This document shows, piece after piece, positions 50,096-59,682 of a stretch of DNA of 64,000 nt; the stretch's first letter is position 1; every line of letters begins with the position of its first letter. This DNA comes from Candidatus Woesearchaeota archaeon (GTDB taxonomy: Archaea; Nanobdellota; Nanobdellia; Woesearchaeales; BS150m-G63): contig JADHVD010000006.1 of the NCBI GenBank assembly GCA_016784165.1, forward strand, positions 74 through 64,073, given 5' to 3'. The notes beneath the pieces were generated by a model. It saw only the letters and a list, made by a program, of their open reading frames with translations. It did not search any database and was not told where the DNA came from. The position numbers and the translations under genes were made by a program.

Positions 50096-51670
50096 ATGAA
50101 GTTAATAAAGTTATTATTAGTAGGATTAATTTTAATTCTAATAGTTAATTCTATCAAAGCAAATAATATCTCAAATAATCAAACAACCCCTACAGAAACA
50201 AATTCTATAAATGTTATAACCGCAGATGAAACAGAATTAATTACAATTAATGTAAATGCAAGTGATCCTGATAAAGAAGATACCCTCAAATATTTCTTTT
50301 CAACACCATTTAATGAAAATGGCACTTGGACACCTGGTTATGAAGATGCTGGAGAATATCTAATAGATGTTACAGTAACAGATGGAGAATATTCTGATCA
50401 CAGTCAAATAAAAATAATTGTTCTTGAAAAAGATAGACCGCCAATAATTGTAACAACAGGAGAACAAATTTTAAATGAAAATCAAGAATTAATTTTACCT
50501 ATTGAAGCATTTGATTTAGATAGGGATAATGTAACACTAACTGCAATTGAACTGCCCGAAAACGCATTATTTGTAAACAACACAATCTATTGGCAACCTG
50601 GATATGATACTGTGAGCAAAAGTTGGTTAAGAAAAATATTAGCAAAACTCCATTTAGATATCTTAAAAAATAACAGAGAATTCACTGCAACAATAAATGC
50701 AAAAGGAAAAGAACTTGACACAAATGAGATAATCCCTATAAAAGTGGTAGATTTAAACAGGCCACCAAAAATTCAACCTATTGAAAACATCACCCTAAAA
50801 GAAGGAGAAACCTTATACTTTGCTCCAAACTCTTCTGACCCAGATAGTGATTCAATAAGTTATTATTTTTCTGGTTGGGTTTCTCAAAACAATTATGAAA
50901 CAGGATATGATGATGAAGGAATACATCTAGTCACAATCACTGCATCTGACGGATTTTTATCAGACTCAACAACTGCAACAATAATAGTTGAAAACACAAA
51001 CAGACCACCAGTATTAGATAAATTGAAATCCTACAAAATTGATGAGGGTGAAGATGTTACATTTGATATTTCTGGTTTTGATAAAGACGCAGATGAATTA
51101 AGTTTTCATGTAGCGCCATTACCAGAAGGATCTATTTTTGATGGAAAAACTTTTTCGTGGACGCCTAATTTTGATGCCGTAAGTACAGAAGAAGAAGAAA
51201 AAGAATTCAATCTCAATATCACTACATTTGATGGAAAAAACAGTGACACAAAACAAACAACCATTAAAGTAAAGAACGCCAATCGAGCTCCAGAAATAAT
51301 CAATAGCACACCTTCAACAAATGAATTTGAAGTTTATGTTGGTGGGGCAGTTGTATTTGAAGTTGATACAACAGATGCTGATAATGATAACTTAACATAC
51401 ACTTGGGATTTTGGATTATTTAGCGCTTATACTGGTTCAACAGTACATAAAAGAGTGTTCCAAAGAGCAGGAAACAAAAAAGTGATTTTTCAAGCAAATG
51501 ATGGGGAAAATATTATTGAAAAAGTTTGGAATTTCAAAGTGATCAAACCTCAAACACCAACAACTCAGAATCAGGAAACCCCTCAAACAACAACACCCCC
51601 AACAACTACAACACAAGAACCAACAACAACACAAGCACCACAAGTAGAATACATAAGCTTCACAATTTAA
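50096..51670 (+). CDS. Secreted cadherin-like/Ig repeat protein with PKD-like domain and T-rich tail
   Basis: ASDPDKED, NRPP repeats, YTWDFG. Confidence 0.82.
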   Translation: MKLIKLLLVGLILILIVNSIKANNISNNQTTPTETNSINVITADETELITINVNASDPDKEDTLKYFFSTPFNENGTWTPGYEDAGEYLIDVTVTDGEYSDHSQIKIIVLEKDRPPIIVTTGEQILNENQELILPIEAFDLDRDNVTLTAIELPENALFVNNTIYWQPGYDTVSKSWLRKILAKLHLDILKNNREFTATINAKGKELDTNEIIPIKVVDLNRPPKIQPIENITLKEGETLYFAPNSSDPDSDSISYYFSGWVSQNNYETGYDDEGIHLVTITASDGFLSDSTTATIIVENTNRPPVLDKLKSYKIDEGEDVTFDISGFDKDADELSFHVAPLPEGSIFDGKTFSWTPNFDAVSTEEEEKEFNLNITTFDGKNSDTKQTTIKVKNANRAPEIINSTPSTNEFEVYVGGAVVFEVDTTDADNDNLTYTWDFGLFSAYTGSTVHKRVFQRAGNKKVIFQANDGENIIEKVWNFKVIKPQTPTTQNQETPQTTTPPTTTTQEPTTTQAPQVEYISFTI

Positions 51671-51740
51671 TTAATTTAATTTATTTGTTTCTTATTTTTA
51701 TCATAAAATATATAAACAACTAAATTAATCCCTATTTAAA

Positions 51741-52916
51741 ATGGAGGTGCTACTAACTATTGCGGTTTGTTTAACTATTTCTTTTGCCCTATCAGAATTA
51801 GCTCACAGCATGCATTATCCAAGAGTGCTTGGCCAGATTGCAGCAGGGATTATTGTGAGTATTCCTTTTATAAAATCATCAATCTTATTACCTGGTTCTA
51901 CAACAGCAATTGCTTTTCTTGCAGAATTAGGTATTGTTTTCCTAATATTATTAGTAGGCATGGAAATAGATTACAAACGACTAAAAAAAGCTTCAAAAGA
52001 AGGTATCTTAGTAGCAATCTTTGGAGCGATCGTTCCATTTGGTTTAGGATATCTAACAATGAAACTTTTAGGTTATGACACTATCGCTGCAGTAGTGTTA
52101 GGTGCAGCATTATCTATCACAGCACCCGGAACAAGTATTCGTCTTTTAATGGAGCTCAAAAAACTCAAAACAAGAATGGGAGAAATACTCATAGAAGCAG
52201 CAATAATAGATGACTTACTTGCAGCAGTATTCTTAAGTTTATTATTAGTTATAGTACATTCAAACTCAGCAATTGGAATCGCAATGTTCCCAATAAGGAT
52301 AATTATTTTCATATTAATTGCAATAGTATTATTCAAACTAATTCCAAAATTAGTAACCTCTATCCAAAAAGAAAAATCAGAAATAGGTGATTTCACAACA
52401 AGCATAATTCTTGCATTATTCATCGCTGTGATAGCACAAGTGTTTGGTCTTGGATTAGTTATAGGTGCATTTATCGCAGGATTAATTCTTCAAATATCTA
52501 TGAGAAAAGATAAAAAAGAAGAACGAAAAATTGTAAATGACTTAAAAGTAATTAGTTTTGGTTTTATTGTGCCTTTTTTCTTTATTCACCTTGGACTTAA
52601 CCTAGATCTTGCTTCAATAATCTCTAATTGGCATATTTTTGTGCTTATTATGATAATGGCTATCTGTGGAAAATTAATTGGTGCCATGATACTCAAATTA
52701 TTCTCCAAATTAAGTTTAAAACAAACAGCACTAATCGGGTGGGGAATGAACAGCAGGGGTGCAGTAGAACTAGTTATCGCAGAAGTAGCAAGACTCAATG
52801 GATTAATCCCTATAGAAATCTACTCAATAATTATCGCAATGGCATTAATAACCACTTTCATATTTCCTTTTGTACTTGAACGAACATTAAAGAAAAGCCC
52901 TCATATAATGGAATAA
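51741..52916 (+). CDS. CPA2 (NapA/Kef-like) cation:proton antiporter, no RCK domain
   Basis: LAELGIVFLILLVGMEID, AAIIDD, PFFFIHLG, MNSRGAVEL. Confidence 0.9.
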   Translation: MEVLLTIAVCLTISFALSELAHSMHYPRVLGQIAAGIIVSIPFIKSSILLPGSTTAIAFLAELGIVFLILLVGMEIDYKRLKKASKEGILVAIFGAIVPFGLGYLTMKLLGYDTIAAVVLGAALSITAPGTSIRLLMELKKLKTRMGEILIEAAIIDDLLAAVFLSLLLVIVHSNSAIGIAMFPIRIIIFILIAIVLFKLIPKLVTSIQKEKSEIGDFTTSIILALFIAVIAQVFGLGLVIGAFIAGLILQISMRKDKKEERKIVNDLKVISFGFIVPFFFIHLGLNLDLASIISNWHIFVLIMIMAICGKLIGAMILKLFSKLSLKQTALIGWGMNSRGAVELVIAEVARLNGLIPIEIYSIIIAMALITTFIFPFVLERTLKKSPHIME

Positions 52917-52917
52917 A

Positions 52918-53859
52918 ATGTATATTGAACTATTATTTCTCATTTTTGGATTAATTTTTGTGTGGTTAAGTGCAACTATTACAGTAGATGCAGCAAAAAA
53001 AATTGCATATGCTTTCAATATAAGTGAAGCAATTATTGGCCTCACAATATTATCTATTGGGACTTCTCTGCCAGAAATATTCACTCATATCATATCAAGC
53101 ATAAATATCTTAAACGGGATTGAAAGTAGTGGGATTGCAGTAGGTACAAATATTGGTTCTAACATAATTCAAATAACTTTAATTTTGGGTGTGATTGCAT
53201 TATTAACAAAAGTACACACAGATAAAAAAATATTAAAATTAGATTACCCAATAATGCTGGGAGCAATACTATTATTATTTCTTTTTTCATTAAACCAAAC
53301 AATTGGTAGGTTTGAAGGATTTCTACTAACCTTTGGATATATCTGGTTTTTAATTTGGCTTGTCAAAAAAGAAAATGTGATCGAAAGAAATCCTAAAAAG
53401 CATAAATTACATTATTTTCTTAATCTCACTATCGGGTTAGCTACATTATTATTTGCTGCAAAACTAGTTGTAGATAATGCCATATCTTTATCGACTATTT
53501 GGGGCGTTTCAGAATCTTTAATAGGTGTATTAATGATTGGTGCAGCAACAGCACTTCCAGAACTCACTACTGCATTAATTGCAATACTAAAAGGCTCAAC
53601 AAAGATGTCTCTTGGCACTTTAATTGGTAGCAACATCACCAACCCTATGCTCGCATTGGGAATCGGTGCTATGATATCTGGTTATACGATTGATAGCACA
53701 ATCCTTTGGTACGACATTCCCTTTTGGTTCTTTATATCCATTTTAGCCATGTTATTCTTTAAAGAAAAAATGGGGTTAAATAAAAAAGAAGCCATAATAT
53801 TAATTTTATCTTATATTGTTTATGCAATAATAAGATTAAAATTCTTTGCACATATTTAG
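52918..53859 (+). CDS. Calcium/sodium antiporter (CaCA, YrbG-like)
   Basis: Alpha repeats GTSLPE...GSN and ATALPEL...GSN. Confidence 0.92.
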   Translation: MYIELLFLIFGLIFVWLSATITVDAAKKIAYAFNISEAIIGLTILSIGTSLPEIFTHIISSINILNGIESSGIAVGTNIGSNIIQITLILGVIALLTKVHTDKKILKLDYPIMLGAILLLFLFSLNQTIGRFEGFLLTFGYIWFLIWLVKKENVIERNPKKHKLHYFLNLTIGLATLLFAAKLVVDNAISLSTIWGVSESLIGVLMIGAATALPELTTALIAILKGSTKMSLGTLIGSNITNPMLALGIGAMISGYTIDSTILWYDIPFWFFISILAMLFFKEKMGLNKKEAIILILSYIVYAIIRLKFFAHI

Positions 53860-53935
53860 ACATCAATTAATCACTAATACCCTTAATCTAAGAAAACTTA
53901 TTCAAATCTAATTGTTTCTGTTTGGATTCAAGATC

Positions 53936-55147
53936 CTATTTTTTCTTTTCTTTTTGTTCTCCCAAAACAGGAACTCCGTATTCCCCATCATAACCAGGCA
54001 TAATCACTATCTCTCCATTTCTATTTTTTATAATAGCGTCTGCCAATTCTTCTGAAACAATTTTAATCAATTCATTTTTTTCAACATTCAAAAGCACATT
54101 ATACTCAGAATCAAAAGCCTCAATTAATTTATTATATATTGGCCAAACTTTTGTCGAAGCAACTGGACTACCAATCAAAGCAGAAATAATTTCTGATAAA
54201 GGAATTAATGTTTTAAATTCTTGAGCACCCTTTGATTTAAACCCTTCTGGCCTATCTGCCAATTCTTCTACTCTATGAAGCACCCCAATAGTTAACATTT
54301 TTCCACATTTAGGACATATATCTTTATTTTTAATTGAATCAGAAGGGCTCATGCAAACATCACATTTACGATGCCCATCATAATGATATTTCCCATAACT
54401 AGGGTCAACTTCAATTGTAGTCACTTTTTTATTTTTTAGTGCACTTATAAAATCCTTATAGATCAATTTATCCAGTTCTACAATATTGGCCTCTCTCCCT
54501 ATTCTCCATGGCCAAAAACTATGCAAATCAGAATTACTCACTAGAGTATATTTATCAAGAGCACTGAGTCTCCAATTCATTGCGGGATCACTGCTCAGCC
54601 CAGTTTCCAATGCAAAAATATGTTTAGATTGATCTTTAAAACACTCTTCCACAGAATCAAATCCTGATTTACTTCCAAAAAGACTAAACCATGGAGTCCA
54701 AATATGGGCTGGTATAACTTCTATCTCTTTTGATATCTCTTTCAATTCTCTTACAAATTCATCGCAAGGAATTTTAAATATGGGTCTTCCATCATAATCT
54801 ACCCTTCCGTGTTTTTTTAGATATTCAGTTATCTGTTCAACAACCTCAAAATTTGGTGCTAAAACAATATTATGAATTCTTCTTCCTTTTCCATCTTGAG
54901 TATAAATTAAAGAAATCTCTGTCTGAAGAATAAAAGGAAAACCTGTTTTAGTTTTCAAAATTCCAGAACCATCTTCATTCAGCCCCTGTTTCAGCTCTTC
55001 AATCCACTCTGGGTGTGTAAAATCTCCTGTACCTAACAATCCTACACCTTTAATTCTTGCATATTTCTCTAAGTTTTGTATATTTAATTGTTTAGATGTA
55101 GCCCTACTAAATCTTCCGTGTATATGGATGTCTGCAATTATTTTCAT
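53936..55147 (-). CDS. Endonuclease Q family (PHP domain plus Zn finger)
   Basis: DIHIH..FSRATS, HIWTPWFS, ETGLSSDP, SNSDLHS, CDVC/CPKC, GYDGEYG. Confidence 0.9.
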   Translation of the reverse strand: MKIIADIHIHGRFSRATSKQLNIQNLEKYARIKGVGLLGTGDFTHPEWIEELKQGLNEDGSGILKTKTGFPFILQTEISLIYTQDGKGRRIHNIVLAPNFEVVEQITEYLKKHGRVDYDGRPIFKIPCDEFVRELKEISKEIEVIPAHIWTPWFSLFGSKSGFDSVEECFKDQSKHIFALETGLSSDPAMNWRLSALDKYTLVSNSDLHSFWPWRIGREANIVELDKLIYKDFISALKNKKVTTIEVDPSYGKYHYDGHRKCDVCMSPSDSIKNKDICPKCGKMLTIGVLHRVEELADRPEGFKSKGAQEFKTLIPLSEIISALIGSPVASTKVWPIYNKLIEAFDSEYNVLLNVEKNELIKIVSEELADAIIKNRNGEIVIMPGYDGEYGVPVLGEQKEKKK

Positions 55148-55272
55148 ATAACATTAAAAAACTCTCAACTATAAAAAATTTATGAGAAAATTGTAAATAA
55201 CTCAAGATAAAATATTTATTATTTATTCAAAATAACAAATTATTTAAACTCTTTTACTTTAAATTAATATAT

Positions 55273-55485
55273 ATGTCACGAAGAACCCAAATAATACCTA
55301 GAGCCCCTGTAGGGAGAATTATGGTTAAAGCAGGTGCACAAAGAGTAAGTGCAGATGCTATGAACACCTTAGCTGAAATTCTAACAGATATTGGTGAAGA
55401 AGTATCAGAAAGAGCTATAAAAATAGCAAAACATTCTGGAAGAAAAACAGTAAAAGGCAGTGATATTAAATTAGCTTTCAAATAA
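55273..55485 (+). CDS. Archaeal histone (HMf family)
   Basis: IPRAPVGRIM..AGAQRVS..A...AKHSGRKTVKGSDIKLA. Confidence 0.95.
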   Translation: MSRRTQIIPRAPVGRIMVKAGAQRVSADAMNTLAEILTDIGEEVSERAIKIAKHSGRKTVKGSDIKLAFK

Positions 55486-55899
55486 TTATTTCTTTTTAAG
55501 ATTTAATAGTATAGGTTTTCTTAAATGCCTAAGCCATAACAACCCAATTCTAATCATTTCTTTGTTAAAATTTTCACTCAATTTATAGGTTTTTTTATAA
55601 AGGTCATAATCTACTAAACCCATTGACTTTAAAGGAGTAAGAATTCTATCATAAAATTGTCTTTTATTATAACTCAACTTGACTGTTTTTGCTTGGATAC
55701 CAACAACTTCGCCACTTACAACATATTTACCTTCATGAAGTTGTGTAGCAAACATAGACATCTCAGTTTTAGTAATCTCTCCTTCATTCTCTTTAATATA
55801 ATCGACTAGAAGTCTAGCCACTAAGCTCTGTTGTTCTGTAGCAAATAGAGTAGTGAATATATCTTCAGATAAATTAAATCGATCAAACAACATTACCAT
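55486..55899 (-). CDS. Hypothetical protein, possibly winged helix
   Basis: FYDRILTPLKSMGLVDYDLYKKTYKLS resembles a wHTH helix plus wing. Confidence 0.65.
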   Translation of the reverse strand: MVMLFDRFNLSEDIFTTLFATEQQSLVARLLVDYIKENEGEITKTEMSMFATQLHEGKYVVSGEVVGIQAKTVKLSYNKRQFYDRILTPLKSMGLVDYDLYKKTYKLSENFNKEMIRIGLLWLRHLRKPILLNLKKK

Positions 55900-56026
55900 T
55901 TTAGTGTTTACTTTAAGCGCCTACTATACCAAAATCCACACTATTATATAAAATTATCTCTAAAAACTTAATTTTACAGCAATATTTATAAAACAAAAAC
56001 AATTATTAGTGATTCTGAGGTGAGGA

Positions 56027-58123
56027 GTGAATAGGTTGAATTCCAAACTAGAACAGATAATCAAGAAAACAGGCAAATTCTTATATGATCAATATCCTAA
56101 AGTAGCAGGGGTAGGAATTGGGGCAGGGATGTATTCTTTAATTAAACCAATTTATTTGGTTAGTCCAACAAAAATTACAACTATTTTTTCACAAGAAGCC
56201 ATAACAATTGGCGCCACAATTTTTGGATACTTAGGATATGAATTTATTCAATCAAAAAAAGATAAAAAAGAAGTTCTAGAAAAAGATTCAAAAAAAAATC
56301 TAGAAAATTTAATCGAGCCAGAAATTAAGAAAAAAGAAAAAAGTTTTTCCAATATCTTAAAAAAAATATATGATTGGCCACTTAAACACCCTAAAACTAC
56401 TGCTATAGTTTTAGCCTTAAAAACATTTGATCCTCCTTTAAAATATTTTGAAATAGAAAAAACTGCAATAAAAATGGCCCATAATTTTTGGAAAAGGGGT
56501 GATGACTTTAATGAAATTATTGATGTTTTTACACAACTTCAACCCCCAATACAATATCATCAAGCTGCTGCCATAAATTTATCAGTTAATTTGATTGGTT
56601 TTTATGTGTTCACAAAATTAATTGCCCCTTTCATCAACTCAAAAGACATAAACTCAAATCGTTATATGTTACCTGGAGTAACTATGATGGCATTAAAAAA
56701 ACATAAAAAAGCAAAAAAACTGCTTGAAAAATCAATAACAATCAACCCATCTTCTTGGAATCATTTAGTATTAACTAGATTATATCAAAAACAAAATAAT
56801 CTTCCTAAAACAATCCAACATATTGGAGAATATTTAAGCAGATATTCTAAAGATGATTCTTTATGGAATAAAACAATACAATCAATCCCTTTTATAAATA
56901 TTTCAAACATAAAATCTATTAAGAAAAAAAACAAAGTAATTGATTCTGGAAAAGCAACAATTAATGATTATATAGAATTATCAATAAATCATTTTTCAGT
57001 TGGTAATTTCAACAATGTTTGCAAAACCTTTGAAAATTCTATAAAAAAATATCCTAAAAATGAATTAGAACTGAACTGTCTATATGCTTATGCTCTTAAT
57101 GTTATGAACAAAGATGCAGAACCCCAATGGAAAAAAGTGATTGAGCTTATGTTAAATAATGATTCACTAAAATATGAACAAATTGGTGAAAGTAAAAACA
57201 AAGTATTAATGATTGAAGAAGAAGGGATTCTAAAAAATTCATTTATCTTTAAAGAAAGTAAAGACAAAGAAAGTTTAGAAAAAGAAATTAAATTAACTAA
57301 TGAGTTAGATGAAATAATTTCATCTCACTCCCAATACAAAGTACCCCATGACATCAGTATAACAGAATATCAAGGTAAATATATCTACTCCATGATAAGG
57401 GAAAATGGAAAAACTCTTATGGAACTCATAGAAGCAGAAACAGCGCCCTTTGGGCACATAAAGAATATAGCCGAATATTTATCCCTAATTCATGCTAAAA
57501 CCCCTATTTATGGGCTTAAAACAATAAATTACCATGAAAAGATAAAAAGAGTACTTACTGATGTGCCTCAAGTAGATTCTAGCTTAAAAGATTTGATAAT
57601 TGATAACATACACCCAGTGATTGATGCTTTTGATGATGCTATTCTAGTCTTCAATAAAGATGCCCATCCACAAAATTGGTTAATCACAGAATATGATGAA
57701 ATCACAGCGATAGATATTGAAGACAAAGGGGCTGTTCCTGCAGAATTTGATTTAGCTAACTTAATAGAATACTCTAATTTCTTTACAAATGATTCTCAAG
57801 GTGATGAAAAAAGAAAAGAGATAATTGAACACTATAAAGAAAACTATGTTAAATATTCTAGAGATATAACTGCTTTGGAAAACATTAATGAATTTAGGTA
57901 TTTGAATGCTGTAATACAAAGAACTCTTTCACTTTATTCTGCTTGGTCTTCTCCATCAAGAAAATCGCTCTGGGGAAGCAGAAAAATAATTGTAGATAAT
58001 GCATTACACTCTATTGATAGACTATCAATTGAATATAAAGATTATTTTAATCAAAATAATAAAAACTACAATAATTTAATCACCGCACTTAAAGAATTAG
58101 AATCAATTGCTCAGTCAATCTGA
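56027..58123 (+). CDS. Hydrophobic and TPR-like N-terminus fused to an aminoglycoside-phosphotransferase-like kinase
   Basis: FIFKE, EKE, NKDAHPQNWL, AIDIED, FDLA. Confidence 0.75.
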   Translation: MNRLNSKLEQIIKKTGKFLYDQYPKVAGVGIGAGMYSLIKPIYLVSPTKITTIFSQEAITIGATIFGYLGYEFIQSKKDKKEVLEKDSKKNLENLIEPEIKKKEKSFSNILKKIYDWPLKHPKTTAIVLALKTFDPPLKYFEIEKTAIKMAHNFWKRGDDFNEIIDVFTQLQPPIQYHQAAAINLSVNLIGFYVFTKLIAPFINSKDINSNRYMLPGVTMMALKKHKKAKKLLEKSITINPSSWNHLVLTRLYQKQNNLPKTIQHIGEYLSRYSKDDSLWNKTIQSIPFINISNIKSIKKKNKVIDSGKATINDYIELSINHFSVGNFNNVCKTFENSIKKYPKNELELNCLYAYALNVMNKDAEPQWKKVIELMLNNDSLKYEQIGESKNKVLMIEEEGILKNSFIFKESKDKESLEKEIKLTNELDEIISSHSQYKVPHDISITEYQGKYIYSMIRENGKTLMELIEAETAPFGHIKNIAEYLSLIHAKTPIYGLKTINYHEKIKRVLTDVPQVDSSLKDLIIDNIHPVIDAFDDAILVFNKDAHPQNWLITEYDEITAIDIEDKGAVPAEFDLANLIEYSNFFTNDSQGDEKRKEIIEHYKENYVKYSRDITALENINEFRYLNAVIQRTLSLYSAWSSPSRKSLWGSRKIIVDNALHSIDRLSIEYKDYFNQNNKNYNNLITALKELESIAQSI

Positions 58124-59037
58124 TTTATTGCTATGGTTGATGCAGAAAAATCTGCAAGTTGATAAATTAAGTTTTGAATATGATGGATAACTCCCTCATT
58201 AATAGGATCTAATCTTCCCATTATGTTCTGACCTTCTTTGACTAATTCTTTTCTGTCTTCGCTCCATTCACTAAGTTTTTGTATATCAAAATTATAAAAT
58301 ATTTCATAATAATTTCTCATTAATTTATTTGATTTTTCATAAAAATTAATTGTTTCTTGATTTAATTTAATATTTGTTTTTCCAACAAGAAATTCGCAAA
58401 TATATTTATAGTTATCACATATTTTTTCCAGATTCCAAGAAATAACATACATAAAACACGTCTTTCTATGGTCTTTAGCACCTTTTTTATTTAACACCCT
58501 TTCACAAAAATTAGTCAATTGATTATTGGTACTTTCCAAAGAAATTAAATTTTTCATATTTTTGAAGTTTTTTTCTTTAATAAATTCTAATGTGCTTTCA
58601 CCCATAGAGATTGTAACTAAAAACGCCCTCCTTAAAATAACATCAAACTCAGATTCCAAATCTTGGGATATATTTTTTAATAAAACTCTTTTAGTGCTTT
58701 GTTCGACAACTGCAAAACCCATAAACAAATTTTTAACCAATTCATTAACTATATCCATAACATTTGAATCATCAAAAAGAACTTCAATAGAATCATAACC
58801 ACTTTTGTGCAAACTAGATAAAGCCCACCTTATTGTTCTATTATTTAGTTTTCTTGTATCTAAAATGGTGGTTCTTTCTTTAATTTCTTTATTAGTGCCA
58901 ATACTTAGCATTCTCCCTCTTTCTTCTACATCAATCTCGTCTCCGGGTTTTAGCCCATATTTATCTACCCAAGATTTAGGGAGAGTTATAGTCATAGCAG
59001 AACCGCCTTGTTTCACTAGTTTTCTTTTTGTGCCCAT
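58111..59037 (-). CDS. AbrB/SpoVT-PhoU regulator (archaeal phosphate uptake regulator type)
   Basis: RKLVKQGGSAMTITLPKSWV...GDEI; SWNLEKICD. Confidence 0.85.
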   Translation of the reverse strand: MGTKRKLVKQGGSAMTITLPKSWVDKYGLKPGDEIDVEERGRMLSIGTNKEIKERTTILDTRKLNNRTIRWALSSLHKSGYDSIEVLFDDSNVMDIVNELVKNLFMGFAVVEQSTKRVLLKNISQDLESEFDVILRRAFLVTISMGESTLEFIKEKNFKNMKNLISLESTNNQLTNFCERVLNKKGAKDHRKTCFMYVISWNLEKICDNYKYICEFLVGKTNIKLNQETINFYEKSNKLMRNYYEIFYNFDIQKLSEWSEDRKELVKEGQNIMGRLDPINEGVIHHIQNLIYQLADFSASTIAINQID

Positions 59038-59101
59038 TGGATTAATCAAAATAATTTAAGAGTTTTAAATTCTTAAATATATATAAATATTTCGTTTTTC
59101 T

Positions 59102-59129
59102 ATATTTCTATACTAGTATATAGAATATA
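59102..59129. promoter_or_regulatory. Palindromic operator candidate in a divergent promoter
   Basis: Perfect TATACTAGTATA (59109-59120) inside imperfect ATATTTCTA/TAGAATAT arms. Confidence 0.45.
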
Positions 59130-59212
59130 TTGATTAATTATATATAAATTATTCACTCTAATTGAAATATCTTCAGATAACCAAAAGATTATTCGAAGAT
59201 GGGGTAAGACAA

Positions 59213-59680
59213 ATGTTATCAAAAAAAGAAATGGTAATTTTGAGTTGTTTAAGACAAAATGCAAGACAAACACTCACAACATTAAGTAGGAAAACCAACA
59301 TTCCAATAAGTACAATATATGAAAAACTAAAACTCTACAACAAAGGATTGATTAAAAAAAACGTTTGTTTGATTGACTTTGGAAAATTAGGTTTTAACAC
59401 AAGAGCACAACTTCTGATAAAAGTAAATAAAAATGATAGGGATTCACTAAGGGAATATCTAGATAGCCATTTTAATGTTAATTCAATCTTTAAAGTGAGT
59501 AATGGTTTTGACTTCATGGTTGACGGCGTGTTCAAACACATAAAAGATTTAGAAGAATTTAATGAAAACTTAGAAGAGAGATTTAGTGTTAAGAAAAACG
59601 AATATTACTTTGTAATAGAAGAACTCAAAAAAGAAGCATTCATGGGATCTACAACAGATATTGATTTAATTAATTCTTAA
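59213..59680 (+). CDS. Lrp/AsnC family transcription regulator
   Basis: ILSCLRQNARQTLTTLSRKTNIP.STIY; VSNGFDFMV. Confidence 0.9.
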   Translation: MLSKKEMVILSCLRQNARQTLTTLSRKTNIPISTIYEKLKLYNKGLIKKNVCLIDFGKLGFNTRAQLLIKVNKNDRDSLREYLDSHFNVNSIFKVSNGFDFMVDGVFKHIKDLEEFNENLEERFSVKKNEYYFVIEELKKEAFMGSTTDIDLINS

Positions 59681-59682
59681 AA

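Noticed and set aside
53936-53938. Genome-wide TAG recoding or pyrrolysine
   Set aside because: Other TAG stops (25552, 62048) behave as plausible ends and no pyl genes are visible.
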